NCBI GenBank assembly: GCA_051362555.1
Contig: CM120645.1
Location: 16,740,001 to 16,804,000 of the forward strand
DNA from: Lingula anatina
Lineage: Eukaryota > Animalia > Brachiopoda
Direction of reading: 5' to 3'
DNA: 64,000 nucleotides
In this document: positions 53,601-64,000 of the stretch, one piece after another
Numbering within the stretch: the stretch's first letter is position 1
Layout: every line of letters begins with the position of its first letter
Translations under genes and position numbers: made by a program
Notes under the pieces: generated by a model
Database searches by the model: none
What the model was told of the DNA's origin: nothing
Seen by the model: only the letters and a program-made list of their open reading frames with translations

Positions 53601-55406
53601 TGGAGTAAGTAGTAAAAACATGCAATGATTTTAAACACAAACAGAAAGAATGACTTTTATCAATCTTAAACTTAGACTCCCAAACAACTGATTATCAACT
53701 CTGTATAAGCAATTACTTAAAATTCAGGAAGAAATCATCCTTATGGTCTTTCTGTAAGTAATATTTTTCAGAATCTTGTCATATTTTTAGTCCTTTCATA
53801 AAAGACACTCCTCGATTGATCTATATTGTGTTAGAATACACCAAACAGTATCCCCTTTTTTCCAAAACATCATTAAACCTATGGTTCACATTTCAGCCAT
53901 CAATAACATCACGCGAACACAGAAGTAAAAAATTACCAATTAGACCCACCCCTGGCCACCTGGTCTATGAAAAAAATTATTTTGTTTCTTCCCTCAAGCA
54001 GACAAACAAACACTATCCATTTCTTTCCCCCTAGCCTCTTCATTGAATGGAGTCTGCTTTCTTTAAATGCGTTGCTATTGGAGATTAATCAGGTGTGTGA
54101 TGAGCGCACACAAATACAAGTGATACTGTAACACAAGTGGTGCTAGGCATTTTTATCTTTGGAAAGGATATAATTCTATATCTTAAGTTCACCCTACATA
54201 AGGTTAACAAGAATGGAATTCAAACATTTGATTCTATTTAAATATACACTATGTCCTGTAACAATTACCAAAGCTTACGAAAAGATGCAAGTTAGAAAAA
54301 TTTCAGTCAATGCATGTAGACAGAAAAATAAGCAGAGGCAAACATTAAGTACTACCATTTACTCATCCATAAAAAGTTGCCAAACAAATTACAAAGAGAG
54401 GAACTACAGAGCCACAAAGATATATAATAATTCAAAATGCTCAGTTTGCTGGTGTAAGGCAATCGTTCCTATGTGGATTTGAAAGGGAGCAGTTAGAAAT
54501 GTCAAATTCTGTAAGATCAACAACTCCAGATCTGTTGCCATCAAGTCTGTGCAAATTAATGAACCATGAGACAAAAAAGTGGGGTTGAATCTTAATATTC
54601 CCAAAGCATTATTACTATAAAGCATAACTCAATTTCCTACCCATGATACAAGTTACTCTAGGGGAATTTCCTTCCCAACTGCCATACAAAGGGACTTAAA
54701 ACCCCAAGAGACCACTATTTCTACATTAATGCAGTATTTCACTCTGTAATATCAATGCTAGGAACCGCATTTCTTTTCATCCATGCAATATTTATACAGC
54801 AAGGATGTGTGCCGAAGCCTTTTGATCTTGGCTGTGTTTCTAATGACAGTAGATTCCCTTGCAAATGGCCAGCAGTTCATCAAACTGATGCATGGACTCC
54901 TAAATGTGCTAAAAGCTTCTTCAGTCATGAAGACCTCTCGCCCTGATACACACAGCCATTAGTCGGATTCAGAATCGCCACATAACTGAACAAATGAGGC
55001 GAACACACAAGTCTGCATCTCCAGACAGCAAATATGAATAAGAGAGGCCTTCAGATAAATGCCAAGTATTGGTTTACACAACACATCTCAATCAAAGTGA
55101 AAACCATATTGCAAGATAAACTACCTTCATAAAAAGTGAATTATTTGTGAGGTACTTTACTTGACTTTCTGATTGTACTGAGAGCTTTTTGCAAAATGCA
55201 CTATTTCCATAAAATGCGAATAACAGAAGTCTTAAATAAATGCTGAGTATTGCCACAAAGCACAACTTCCAACTCTACAAGCAAATCAACCAGGGGTGAC
55301 TGCTTCTAAAGGAAATCCTTAGGAATTTATTTATCGTGTTTTAACCACTCATCTATCAACACCTCTTCAAGACTGTAATGTCTCACCTTTTGCTTTTCTT
55401 TTCCAT

Positions 55407-55443
<37 letters not shown>

Positions 55444-58400
55444 CACAAACACACACACACACACACACACACTGCCACCTACCTCCATTGTTACACCTCT
55501 GATTATTACAGAATCTCCTCTTCTGCTCGCACCCTTTGCCTGTCCCATTGTTCCAGACATAACTATCCAGGTCCAGGAACTTATTGTCTAAGTACACATC
55601 CTTGACACAGCCGTCAAAGTCAGGGTAGCGCACCTGAAAGTCTGTAGAGCTAGGGAGACCCCCAATCTGCAAGGGACCTGTCAGGTCCAGGAAACGATGA
55701 CACGTCTCTGTCACGTCACGGCATCTGCAGATAAGGGAGTGAATTAATTATGAGTGTGCATGTGCTTCCATGCATGTCTGTTGCCATTTCTTAATTTGCA
55801 GAACTTGTATTTTTTTACTGGAATACTTGGATCAACAAACATTGAGAAACCACTAATTTCATTGGGAAATCTCAAGCTATTGCAGGTTAAGAAGTATATT
55901 TTTCATAAAAGCCCAAAATTATTTCATGACCACTATTTTGATCTGTCTTTTGTTGCCCATAGACAGTCCATAACGCACTGCCAGATCACAACTTGTACAG
56001 ACAACAAGAGTCCGAGCACTATCTTTACCTTGGTTCTAGCACTTGTACTGCTCTTGCTGCACAGCTGTAGTTGCCTATGGACGTGCCGTACCTCACAGCC
56101 AGCCCGGTGTCACACCATTCTCCCACCGTCAGTGTCGCAGTCTGGGAGAAGAGAATATATATGTAGAATATATATATATATCAATTTGACATTTAATGTT
56201 TTTCAATATTTGTGACAACATAAGTTCGTAGTATTATATTCCTTACTGGGAAGAAGAATGTGGGTACACACAAACCCAGGAATGTATTAAGATCGTCTTC
56301 CGTCTTCTGACAGATGGTCAAATGTCATTGAAAGGATTTTTGTAGCTTCCTCAAATTAGCTTTTAAGATTGGGGTGGTGTTGAAAAAAATCTGAACTTTG
56401 CAGTTTTGAAGAAATTTTCAGATAAGTGAGTATATAACATAGCTTATAAAATTATTTGCTGAATCATAGAAAGACACCGAAAAATTCTATTTTATTCCTT
56501 AAAATTGATGATCCCAATATTGCAAAAATGTAACTGCCCCTGCATGATTAACAAAAAATGAAGTAATAGAGATTGACTTTTACATTACATTATAAAATCA
56601 TCATTTACTTCCCTCTCCAGGACTTGAACTAAAATTTATGTGAAAGCATACACTGTACTGATAGAAATAACTTTTTCTCGCATGACTGATACGTAAAAAT
56701 AAACCTAGCCATGCAGACAGAAATTGCACACTTTTTCCAGGCCACACAACGCAGTCACTGGAGTTCATGCCTTTAAAAATACATAATATCTCCATCTCAA
56801 ACAAAAAATGAAACTTCCCCAAGGAGCTTGAGAGTTAGTGAACCACATAATAAAGAGGGCATACTACAGACAACATTCCACATAAGCAACATATGTCAAA
56901 GTCAGGTTTACGTCATAAAAATCAATCAATAAATTTGTCACTCTGTAAGGTGGGGTTGACACTAACACAAAGCCTGCATGTTCTAGTAGCATCCATAAAA
57001 GCTGAAAGGGTAAAAACTTGGTCCTGAAAGGGGCAAAACAATACACATACAAAACAAGATGAAAGGAGTTAACAAAAAGTTTACAATACATAAGTGCTAG
57101 GTTTTGTGAGTTTCAAAAGCAGCAAGTGACACTAAAATTGTGTGTACTAAGTTTGTTAAAGAATTGTGCATTTTTCTGACACTTCAGTTCTAATGCACAT
57201 ATTGTGCACATGGTAACTACAATTATTTTTATGAATTGAGCTTATCTTCGTACCAATATTGTGCAGACTGTAGGATTTTTGTGCAGAGACCTGGTGTAAG
57301 GATTTATGCAGCTGACAAGGGAGACTATGGGGGGGGGGGGGAAGGGGCAAAATGACAAATTAACTTCCTCTTACTGAAAGAAAATGCTGACAACTGAGCT
57401 GACCTAATCAAATATCAAATATCACATATATATATACCTTGAAAAGCCATGATTTCAAACATTATAAGACCAAGAGATAAATTCAATTCTATCTCAGAAA
57501 TTGTCAATTATCTCAGAAATTATCACAGTTAATTATTCTTACTTTATCTATTTTTATACCCCTCTCTCTTCTTTTATATGCCATGGTCTCAAATGTCAAC
57601 ATTTTTTCAGTAATCATAAAATAAACTGAAAACATCAAAATGGAAATCAAGGGTAACATATTGAAGCTTTGTGAACAAAAATTTCATAGTTCAAACTGGC
57701 ATCCTTGGTGCTCACCAAATTAAGGTCGCTAAACTCCATCTATACGATGTATGCATGGAAAAACAGAAAACAAGACAATTGTGGTGCACAGAAGAGAACT
57801 CACCGATGTTAGATTCTCCAACTGAGCAAGGACAAGAACAAAATAGAAGTACTTCAAATTTGCTGCTTTCCTACTGGGTTTAGCATCTAAGGGAGTTTAT
57901 ACATTGATTGTGTTCACAACCAGACAAACAGTGATGATTTTTTTGTTTGTTTTAAAGAAAGTCTAAAAATATTTCAACAAAAAAAGAGAAAGATAACTGC
58001 CATATCTGGAGGCATGTTGAAGGTAATAAATATACATTCCTTGACTCAAAATTACAGCTAAACTGAATATGCAAACAAATCTAAAAATACCAAAACCTAA
58101 AAGTTTAATCTATTGAGAATGCTAGAAAGTTTAAATAAACATTCATTGTAGAAAACTTAGAACACCTAAAAGTACCTTTTAGTATTATAACTACTACAAT
58201 GAGCTAAAAGAGCAAACATGTTAGTAAAGGAATGCTTAAAAATCTTCTTGGAAACATATGCAGCCTAAAATAAGCAGGATTCACATATTTCATATTGATG
58301 ATATGCACACAGAATTACCTTAAAATTGTCAAAATGGGCCACTGACTCTTACTAGTAATTATGAACATGACGCAAAGGGTTGTATTAGAGTTCCCCCTCC

Positions 58401-60124
58401 TTGTTGCATAATTCCCGTGGGGAATCTATTCATTGTCTATTAGGGGATTAGATGGCAAGTTTTTCAGTATTTTGCTATATTTGATCCGTGGACTAATAAG
58501 TCTGCTGTTCTGAAAGCAGCTTAAACTTAAAAAACATGTTGACAGATAAATGGCCTTAATCAATATCGCAATAAAAAAATCATATTCATCATCCCTTGTG
58601 AGAGAACCCTGATGAGGAACACAATACTTTTTTTAGGTGTTACATATTCAAGAAATTCAGTTGACTGAAGATTGAAATCTTTGGACATTTAAAAAAAGAT
58701 GAGCAACTTTTCAAGCTATGAAGAAGTTCTTTCCACCCTTGGTAGAAACACTGACCCCAACACTACCAAAGAATTCTACACTTCTTGGGCAAGCAAATAT
58801 GAGGCTGACATCAGGGCATTTGGGTATGTTGTTCCTGTAGAGGTTTCTACCACTCTGGCCATGTGGGAGAGTGACAAGGCCGCCCGCATCCTGGACGCAG
58901 GAGCTGGAACAGGTTTGATTGGAGAGGTTCTCCAGAAAATGGGCTATACCAACCTGGATGCTTTGGACAACTGCCCTGCGATGCTTCAGCAAGCCCAAGA
59001 GAAGGGTATTTACAACAACTTGTACCTCGATGTTCTTAGTGGACAGGAGCCAACTCAACTGCCTTCCAATCAATACAATGTTGTGGTGGTTGGTGGAGTG
59101 TTCGGCCATATTGGAGCAGACCCCATTGACGAAATCATCCGTCTGACCAAACCAGATGGTCTCATCATTTTTCTATTGCGTGAAGACTGCGCACAAGATC
59201 CAGTTTGTGGGTTTCCTGAGAAGCTGCCCCAGATTGAAGCAGACAAGAAGGTGAAGCTCTTGTCTAAACGTCACACAAGATACAACGATCAGCTTGATGG
59301 TGAGATGTATGTGTACAAGGTTCTGAAGCAGTTCTAAGACAGATAAAGTTCTGCTACACATTCCTTTGCCACTGCCATCAAGCATGCTGCATCTTCTTTA
59401 GCTTTTCCTTCCTACACAACTGACATTCAAGTATGTAAGTCATCTGTTAGCTTCACCAAGCAAGGAGATACTTCTACCCATCCTACTATGCCTGTACCAG
59501 CTTCACAACTGTAATGGGACTCCTGTTCAACATTGTATGTCTCATGTGCCCAGCCTGATATGCCTTTACTAATGGTGTAAAATAGAATTTCTCTTCAGTT
59601 CAGCAGGCAAGATTGTAAAAAACAGAAAACCATCTTTACTCTTCTTCATGCGACAGCCACACTTGCAAAAACCTTTAGTTACAGAATAATGCTTGATGCA
59701 CCAAAAAAGTTTATAAAAATTATAATTATTATTATTATACCAAAAATAATGCTAGAATCTGGGAACTCCTCTTAAAGGCAAATTGGGACGGACATGAATG
59801 ATGAAAATAAGGGTGCCCACAGACAGGACCATCTCAAGATTCAAGTATGTATACAGAATATTACCTCTAGTTAGTTGGCTACTTTTTAGGGTGTTCAGAA
59901 TAATGAAGAAAACAATTCAACAACAATACATTTTAAAGTAAGTGTGGCTAGTATGACCGCAACAAAGAGAATTTGAAGAAACTGTAAAGTAATTAAAATC
60001 TCTAACATCATAGTTTAATCATAAAATGCAAGCGACTGTACTTTTATTACTATTTGGTGACTGCTTGAAAAATAAATGCATGTATCTCTATACTGAATAT
60101 TGTTCTTTCTCTGACCATGCATAA

Positions 60125-60186
<62 letters not shown>

Positions 60187-62252
60187 GGAGCATAAAATTT
60201 CACTTTTTTAAATAGTGTAAGCTTTGGACTATTTTATTTCAACAGTTTCTATTTCAATTTGACCAAACAGCAGAAATGTTAGTGACTATGTTACCAGGAA
60301 ACAACTGATTAACTGGATACAAGCCTCTAACACACACAACAGATCATTAAAACTGAACGGATTCCAGGGATTTTGAGCTTAATCAAGCCATGTTTATTTC
60401 AAGTTCCGTATTATTCCAATAAATTGGCTACCAACCTCAGTTTGACCAAGTTAAATTGGCTAAATCTTGTTAGTTAGGGTCTAATTTTGTCAAATAAGAT
60501 TCTAAACACAGCCTTGGGGACACACTAATGCAATGGAGACTGAATTTCCACTTCAACATGGAAAGGGATAAGAAGTAGTTCATAAATCATCAAGAGGGCT
60601 TAATACAAAAATTACTCAAATTTTCAAATGCATCAGTCTTAAAATTGTTTTACCTTTTTCAAATTTCATTCCATTTGGACATAATAAAAAATGCACTTAC
60701 TTCAATATGTGAAAACTTTTGAATCAGCATGGATAAATTGTAATAAAAAACATTTAATTAAATTATGTTGTTTGAATTCATTGAGCAAGCACTGTAACTA
60801 TGATCATTAGTGTGGAGTTACTGTTGTGTTGGATAGGATAGGTTTTTCTCAGGGGAAAATACAGAGATATAATACTGGGTTCGCATTAATCAAATTTGAC
60901 CAACAAAAATACTGCCATTAATATTATGATGAAAATTTTCTCATTACTTTGTCAAGTCCAGGTGCTAGCTGGAAAAAAGGATTTGTCTTCCAAGTTGTAC
61001 TTTCAAACCTGTCGCTGTTGTCTGTTTAACTGACAACAATATGCCGTCTATTACATACCTTTCATTGAAAGTATCCAGTAATGTGGTATTTTTAAAAATC
61101 TGTTAACTTTTTGAACCCAGTATTACAAGGGTATACATCTTTTAGAACTGTTTCTCTCACAACTGTGACATTTCAGGTATTTTTGTGACATGCCACATGT
61201 GGCTATATAGACCTGTTAGTGTGCCTAACAATGATGTAAACAATTCAAACAGCTGTGGTGTATGGAGTTTCCATTTCTTGCGCATTTCCTCCATTAGGTG
61301 CATCTTTTCTTTCCAAGCATTCTTCTCAATGGTCACCATTTTTTGCATGAGATGCAGCAGTTGAAGTTCCATTTCAATCCCATCCACCTATTGATTGACA
61401 CTCCTCAACACTGCATGCTGCATTTGGACTTCTGCCCCCCCCCCCCCCCCTCCACTCCTTTTGCAGTGCTCTTGCTGTTGTCTTGGTTTTTGTTGGCTTT
61501 CCCAACAACTCAATCATCCGTTTTGTTATGATATCATATGTATTTTCCAACTCACTTAAGTGATTTAGATGCTTTGTTTTTCACATTAAGTCTTAGGCAA
61601 CTTTTACTACTTATCTTTTGTCTTATGATCCCAGGCAAAACCTCGTACCTCAGGTATACATACCCTTTTGTGTATTGAAAAAAACTGCACTTAATTATTA
61701 CCGGGAATGGTTAGTTAATAAATGTAAGGTCCAGTATCATTCCAGTTCTTTATTTCAAATCTGTGGTGTAAACATGATGAAACAGGTGCCCATTTGTTCT
61801 ACTGATTCCTCCTTTTCCCAGTATTTCATTTAAGCAAAATAGCACACAAATCTGGCATTATCAGCAATAATCAATTTATAAAAAAAATTCATAATAAGAT
61901 CAACACTTATATGTTCAAACAAAAAGTTTGATTTAAAAAAAATGTCAATGTTGTTGTGTTTGTCAATGCTGCTGAGGTAATAAATATTGTAATCATTGTC
62001 AGTACTGTCGCTGTCATAGCTATTGTCATAGTTACAAGTATACTAACCCTGTTCAGGTATTCCACTGTGACCTGATGCCAGTTCCCGTCATTGACACCTC
62101 CATCAACATGAGCCGTCACCTGTGTCGAGCGAGAACCCAAGGAGAACATGAAGCGAACTTGAGCATCTACTATCTCCAGGGAAATGAAGTCGTGCTGCCC
62201 GTTATAGCGGCCATTGTACAGTAACAGAGCATTCTTCTGACGTGTGGCAAAA
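35359..62252 (-). CDS. CELSR: Cadherin EGF LAG seven-pass G-type receptor (flamingo/starry night-like), 3' part: 29 exons, 4513 nt, ~1500 aa; 5' portion outside the window
   Basis: Domain order LamG ([26 protein letters not shown]), [14 protein letters not shown], LamG, EGF x2, laminin-EGF, HRM, GAIN/GPS, secretin-type 7TM ([16 protein letters not shown]), tail with [16 protein letters not shown] and HSTP. All 28 introns are GT-AG and in phase. Confidence 0.96.
35743..35858. repeat. Long hairpin (~50-bp arms) in the last CELSR intron, part of a dispersed-repeat-like element (~35615-35860)
   Basis: AGATACAACACTCGTCGCCGAGCTGTACATGAAAATTACTCGTGTATTG pairs with CAATACACTCGTAATATTTCACGTACAGCTCGGCGACTCATATTGTATCT; loop TCTCGCCTGCGGCTTGC. 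Confidence 0.85.
35962..36121 (-). CDS. CELSR: CELSR exon, cytoplasmic tail
   Basis: DNKAYIVPP...SISSDTEEE; TTCAG acceptor, GTAAGT donor. Confidence 0.8.
36407..36580 (-). CDS. CELSR: CELSR exon, cytoplasmic tail
   Basis: [10 protein letters not shown]...IPPIYEE; phase 1/1. Confidence 0.8.
36743..36793 (-). CDS. CELSR: CELSR exon, cytoplasmic tail
   Basis: [17 protein letters not shown]; phase 1/1. Confidence 0.8.
37115..37279 (-). CDS. CELSR: CELSR exon, SE/D-rich tail motif
   Basis: [10 protein letters not shown]...[12 protein letters not shown]. Confidence 0.9.
   Translation of the reverse strand, partial: TLTLARSTANMTPILTATCQMETTWNWLPVIPQMMTMIMNMRKVLVGISQLIKY
38890..39139 (-). CDS. 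CELSR: CELSR exon, cytoplasmic tail
   Basis: RSALAY...[12 protein letters not shown]; phase 0/1. Confidence 0.9.
39701..39790 (-). CDS. CELSR: CELSR exon, helix 8
   Basis: [30 protein letters not shown]. Confidence 0.9.
39951..40122 (-). CDS. CELSR: CELSR exon, TM6-TM7
   Basis: [14 protein letters not shown]...FQGFFIF. Confidence 0.92.
40397..40476 (-). CDS. CELSR: CELSR exon, TM5-ICL3
   Basis: [14 protein letters not shown]. Confidence 0.9.
40643..40709 (-). CDS. CELSR: CELSR exon, ECL2-TM5
   Basis: [16 protein letters not shown]. Confidence 0.92.
41158..41378 (-). CDS. CELSR: CELSR exon, TM3-TM4
   Basis: [33 protein letters not shown]. Confidence 0.95.
41706..41915 (-). CDS. CELSR: CELSR exon, TM1-TM2
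   Basis: [19 protein letters not shown]...LGINRTDPE. Confidence 0.95.
42286..42421 (-). CDS. CELSR: CELSR exon, GPS motif
   Basis: GRWTSEGC...[14 protein letters not shown]. Confidence 0.95.
42696..42863 (-). CDS. CELSR: CELSR exon, GAIN
   Basis: AVNTPIMSL...RTSPQCVYW. Confidence 0.92.
42939..43030. repeat. 30-bp intronic minisatellite, ~3 copies
   Basis: Unit CCTGTTCAATTTATGCCTGGTCTTTATGAA. Confidence 0.85.
43203..43311 (-). CDS. CELSR: CELSR exon, GAIN
   Basis: [21 protein letters not shown]. Confidence 0.9.
43742..43888 (-). CDS. CELSR: CELSR exon, GAIN
   Basis: FGLDF...NIPKYNN...THAILP. Confidence 0.9.
44172..44355 (-). CDS. CELSR: CELSR exon, GAIN
   Basis: [26 protein letters not shown]...PFDAVTDNL. 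Confidence 0.92.
44685..44894 (-). CDS. CELSR: CELSR exon, GAIN
   Basis: [23 protein letters not shown]. Confidence 0.92.
45201..45397 (-). CDS. CELSR: CELSR exon, hormone-receptor (HRM) domain
   Basis: VYGKCPK...[13 protein letters not shown]...[12 protein letters not shown]. Confidence 0.93.
45975..46158 (-). CDS. CELSR: CELSR exon, laminin-EGF
   Basis: [34 protein letters not shown]. Confidence 0.95.
46490..46752 (-). CDS. CELSR: CELSR exon, EGF repeats
   Basis: NPCQHGSEC...[16 protein letters not shown]. Confidence 0.95.
47150..47846. repeat. 65-bp tandem array (11 units) made of a CELSR exon 3' end plus its 5' splice site
   Basis: Unit CATCTTACCTGGGTAACACTGGCAGGAGTGCCTGTCCCATTCATCCACCCACTTTATCTTGGGAA; register at 47154, 47219, ... 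47804. Confidence 0.97.
47805..47967 (-). CDS. CELSR: CELSR exon, end of LamG2 and EGF
   Basis: [32 protein letters not shown]. Confidence 0.93.
48387..48515 (-). CDS. CELSR: CELSR exon, LamG2
   Basis: VTRIFVGG...KGLKACLE. Confidence 0.9.
50692..50853 (-). CDS. CELSR: CELSR exon, LamG2
   Basis: [13 protein letters not shown]...LDYGQ. Confidence 0.92.
52252..52435. mobile_element. PIF/Harbinger-type MITE, related to family A
   Basis: TIRs GACCATGTTCCCATACCTAGATCGA...TCGATCTAGGTATGGGAACGGGGTC; TTG on both sides; shares AAGGGGTAATTAAC with family A. Confidence 0.8.
52451..52617 (-). CDS. CELSR: CELSR exon, LamG2
   Basis: [19 protein letters not shown]. Confidence 0.93.
53319..53393 (-). CDS. 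CELSR: CELSR exon, EGF
   Basis: [23 protein letters not shown]. Confidence 0.92.
   Translation of the reverse strand, partial: GHVMRHGAPTAVNALLNMAARIVL
55483..55724 (-). CDS. CELSR: CELSR exon, end of LamG1 and EGF
   Basis: [17 protein letters not shown]...FDGCVKD...CNNG. Confidence 0.95.
56029..56141 (-). CDS. CELSR: CELSR exon, LamG1
   Basis: [29 protein letters not shown]. Confidence 0.93.
58699..59337 (+). CDS. METTL27: Class I SAM-dependent methyltransferase, METTL27/WBSCR27-like, 212 aa, single coding exon nested antisense in a CELSR intron
   Basis: [13 protein letters not shown]-terminal motif, motif [34 protein letters not shown]; upstream acceptor TTTTTTAG at 58636 suggests a 5' UTR intron. 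Confidence 0.85.
   Translation: MSNFSSYEEVLSTLGRNTDPNTTKEFYTSWASKYEADIRAFGYVVPVEVSTTLAMWESDKAARILDAGAGTGLIGEVLQKMGYTNLDALDNCPAMLQQAQEKGIYNNLYLDVLSGQEPTQLPSNQYNVVVVGGVFGHIGADPIDEIIRLTKPDGLIIFLLREDCAQDPVCGFPEKLPQIEADKKVKLLSKRHTRYNDQLDGEMYVYKVLKQF
62048..62252 (-). CDS. CELSR: CELSR exon, LamG1
   Basis: [27 protein letters not shown]...[18 protein letters not shown]. Confidence 0.96.
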
Positions 62253-63347
62253 CTGAAATACAGAGATATAGAATCTGATTGATTTTCTAGTCTTTTATTT
62301 GTAGCTGCATTGTTTTTAACAATGAGAGGAAAAAGCCCAACAAAGTCACAAAAAATCTTGATAACAAAAACCTATCTTTAACTGCATCATGATATAGAAA
62401 TATTCAAAAGAGTAACACAAAAGCCTCGATCAACTGTCTGAAAAAGATGCTATCAGACTTTACCAGGTAAAAAATATTGAGTATGTTTGATCACAGGCAC
62501 AAACAAGGTAAGTTAAAGAGTGAGCTGAAAAACTTTTCTTCTTTTTCATTTTTTTTTCTGATCCAATCATCCTCTGCCCCAGCACTTAACCTAATAATCC
62601 AGCAAAGTATAATAGACCACTCTGTCACACGTCAAACTTCTCTCAATTCAAAAGCAGTCACCAAAGCAAAGCTAACAGCTTCTTTTGTCCTCTCTTTTCA
62701 CATCAGCTGATAAAATTCTTCAACAAAAGTCTGATCTATTTGTTATATGGGTCAATTCTTTAAGAAAGAAAAAAATATTTGAAAAGTGCTATCAATGGAG
62801 GCGAGTATCTCTCCTTTTTGGTATCAACCCTCGAACAACTATCTAATATATTTGTCATGCAAGTCAATTACTTAAAGAAGGCAAACTATTTGAAGAAGTG
62901 TTATTTGGGGGACAATTATCCATCTTCAATGAATGCCAGTGCCTTTGCAGTTTTACACCTGGTTGAAACTCTGTATGTTTCAAATGTGCTCTGAATTCTT
63001 AATGCAAGCCATTTCTTGAAAGAAACCTATGTCAAAGAATAAGAAACTGGTTGACTATTTGAAAATTTTACAATATCAGGCATGAAAGGTAATCCTGAAT
63101 CTCACATCAATTACATGTGTGTATATGTACGTATGCCATAAAAGGAGTGCAGCAAAAGAAAAAATGCTTTCATTCAAAATAAAAATGTACTGGCTTTAAA
63201 TAGAAATATCATATTAACACAAAATAGGAAACTGTAATGTAATAGACATAAAACCATCCATCAATGCATTTAATGAGCGAAAAATATAATCTTTTTTCAA
63301 GCATAGTAAATACATTACTGCACATGGCAAGAAGGCCTGTTGTTCAA

Positions 63348-63427
63348 TTAATCTGATTGCATTCAGCAAGAGTCCCGAGGAGTCGGATCGATCTATATGA
63401 AACAATAATTTCATTGGGAATGTACCC
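63348..63427. mobile_element. Half copy of Harbinger-type MITE family B
   Basis: ATCTGATTGCATTCAGCAAGAGTCCC...TTTCATTGGGAATGTACCC-TTA matches 14937-15017. Confidence 0.65.
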
Positions 63428-64000
63428 TTAGACAACATTTTCAACACATATCACACTGTGAGCAATCCAGACATTCACTTTTCTTGCTGTGAGGCAACAA
63501 CTAAGGTTAACTGTGGCTGGTTCTTTAATCAATTCTGAGAAGTTAAAACTTCTGGAGCCAGAACCAGACACTCACTGAGAGAAGTTTTTCTGACTGGAGG
63601 GCATCAACCGTGGAGGTGATAATTAAGTCACTTTCTATCACTGTTTACCAAGTTCTGTGCCAATACTTGTACTAGTGCATGGGTCTATGAGAAATGCATT
63701 GACATTAATGTCAAATAATCAGAACTATTAATATAAGTTGTAGATGTAGTAGTGGTCTTTTCCCTATCTTCCTCTACCCATCTCTCTTTTGCTCTCTCTC
63801 TCTCTCTCTCTCTCTCAAGTGTACATTATTGTAATCCCAACAAACAGATGTGTGATCAAGGCCCATAAATATGCAGAAATTTCTCCTCAGAGAGACTATT
63901 TGTTCATCAATGAGAAGGTATGCTGTGTGTATGTCAAACCAATTCCTTAACAAGGATCTCTACACAGAGCTCTGCATGGGATCTTGCCTTCTCTCTCACA

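Overview
AT-rich, intron-containing eukaryotic DNA from an invertebrate animal (lophotrochozoan-like; inferred, not proven). The right half (35359-62252, minus strand) holds the 3' 29 coding exons of a CELSR/flamingo adhesion GPCR (LamG-EGF-LamG-EGF-EGF-LamEGF-HRM-GAIN/GPS-7TM-tail). I joined these by hand and all GT-AG junctions are in phase. The cadherin repeats and 5' exons lie beyond the window. An intronless METTL27/WBSCR27-like SAM methyltransferase ORF is nested antisense in a CELSR intron. The left half has a two-exon GNAT-fold-like gene resembling a microbial hypothetical family, bracketed by a 1.7-2 kb direct duplication, then two tandem type II membrane DUF1647-like genes. Many non-autonomous DNA transposons are present (Harbinger-type MITEs, Ginger1-type elements with CCGG target sites, hAT MITEs, a foldback element, a Helentron-like element), plus tRNA-SINE relics and microsatellites. 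The most unusual features are an 11-copy 65-bp array repeating a CELSR exon end with its splice donor, a splice-dependent ETEV PDZ-motif switch at the CELSR C-terminus with a long hairpin in that intron, and the repeat-flanked possible HGT gene. All family assignments come from motif recognition; no database search was run.
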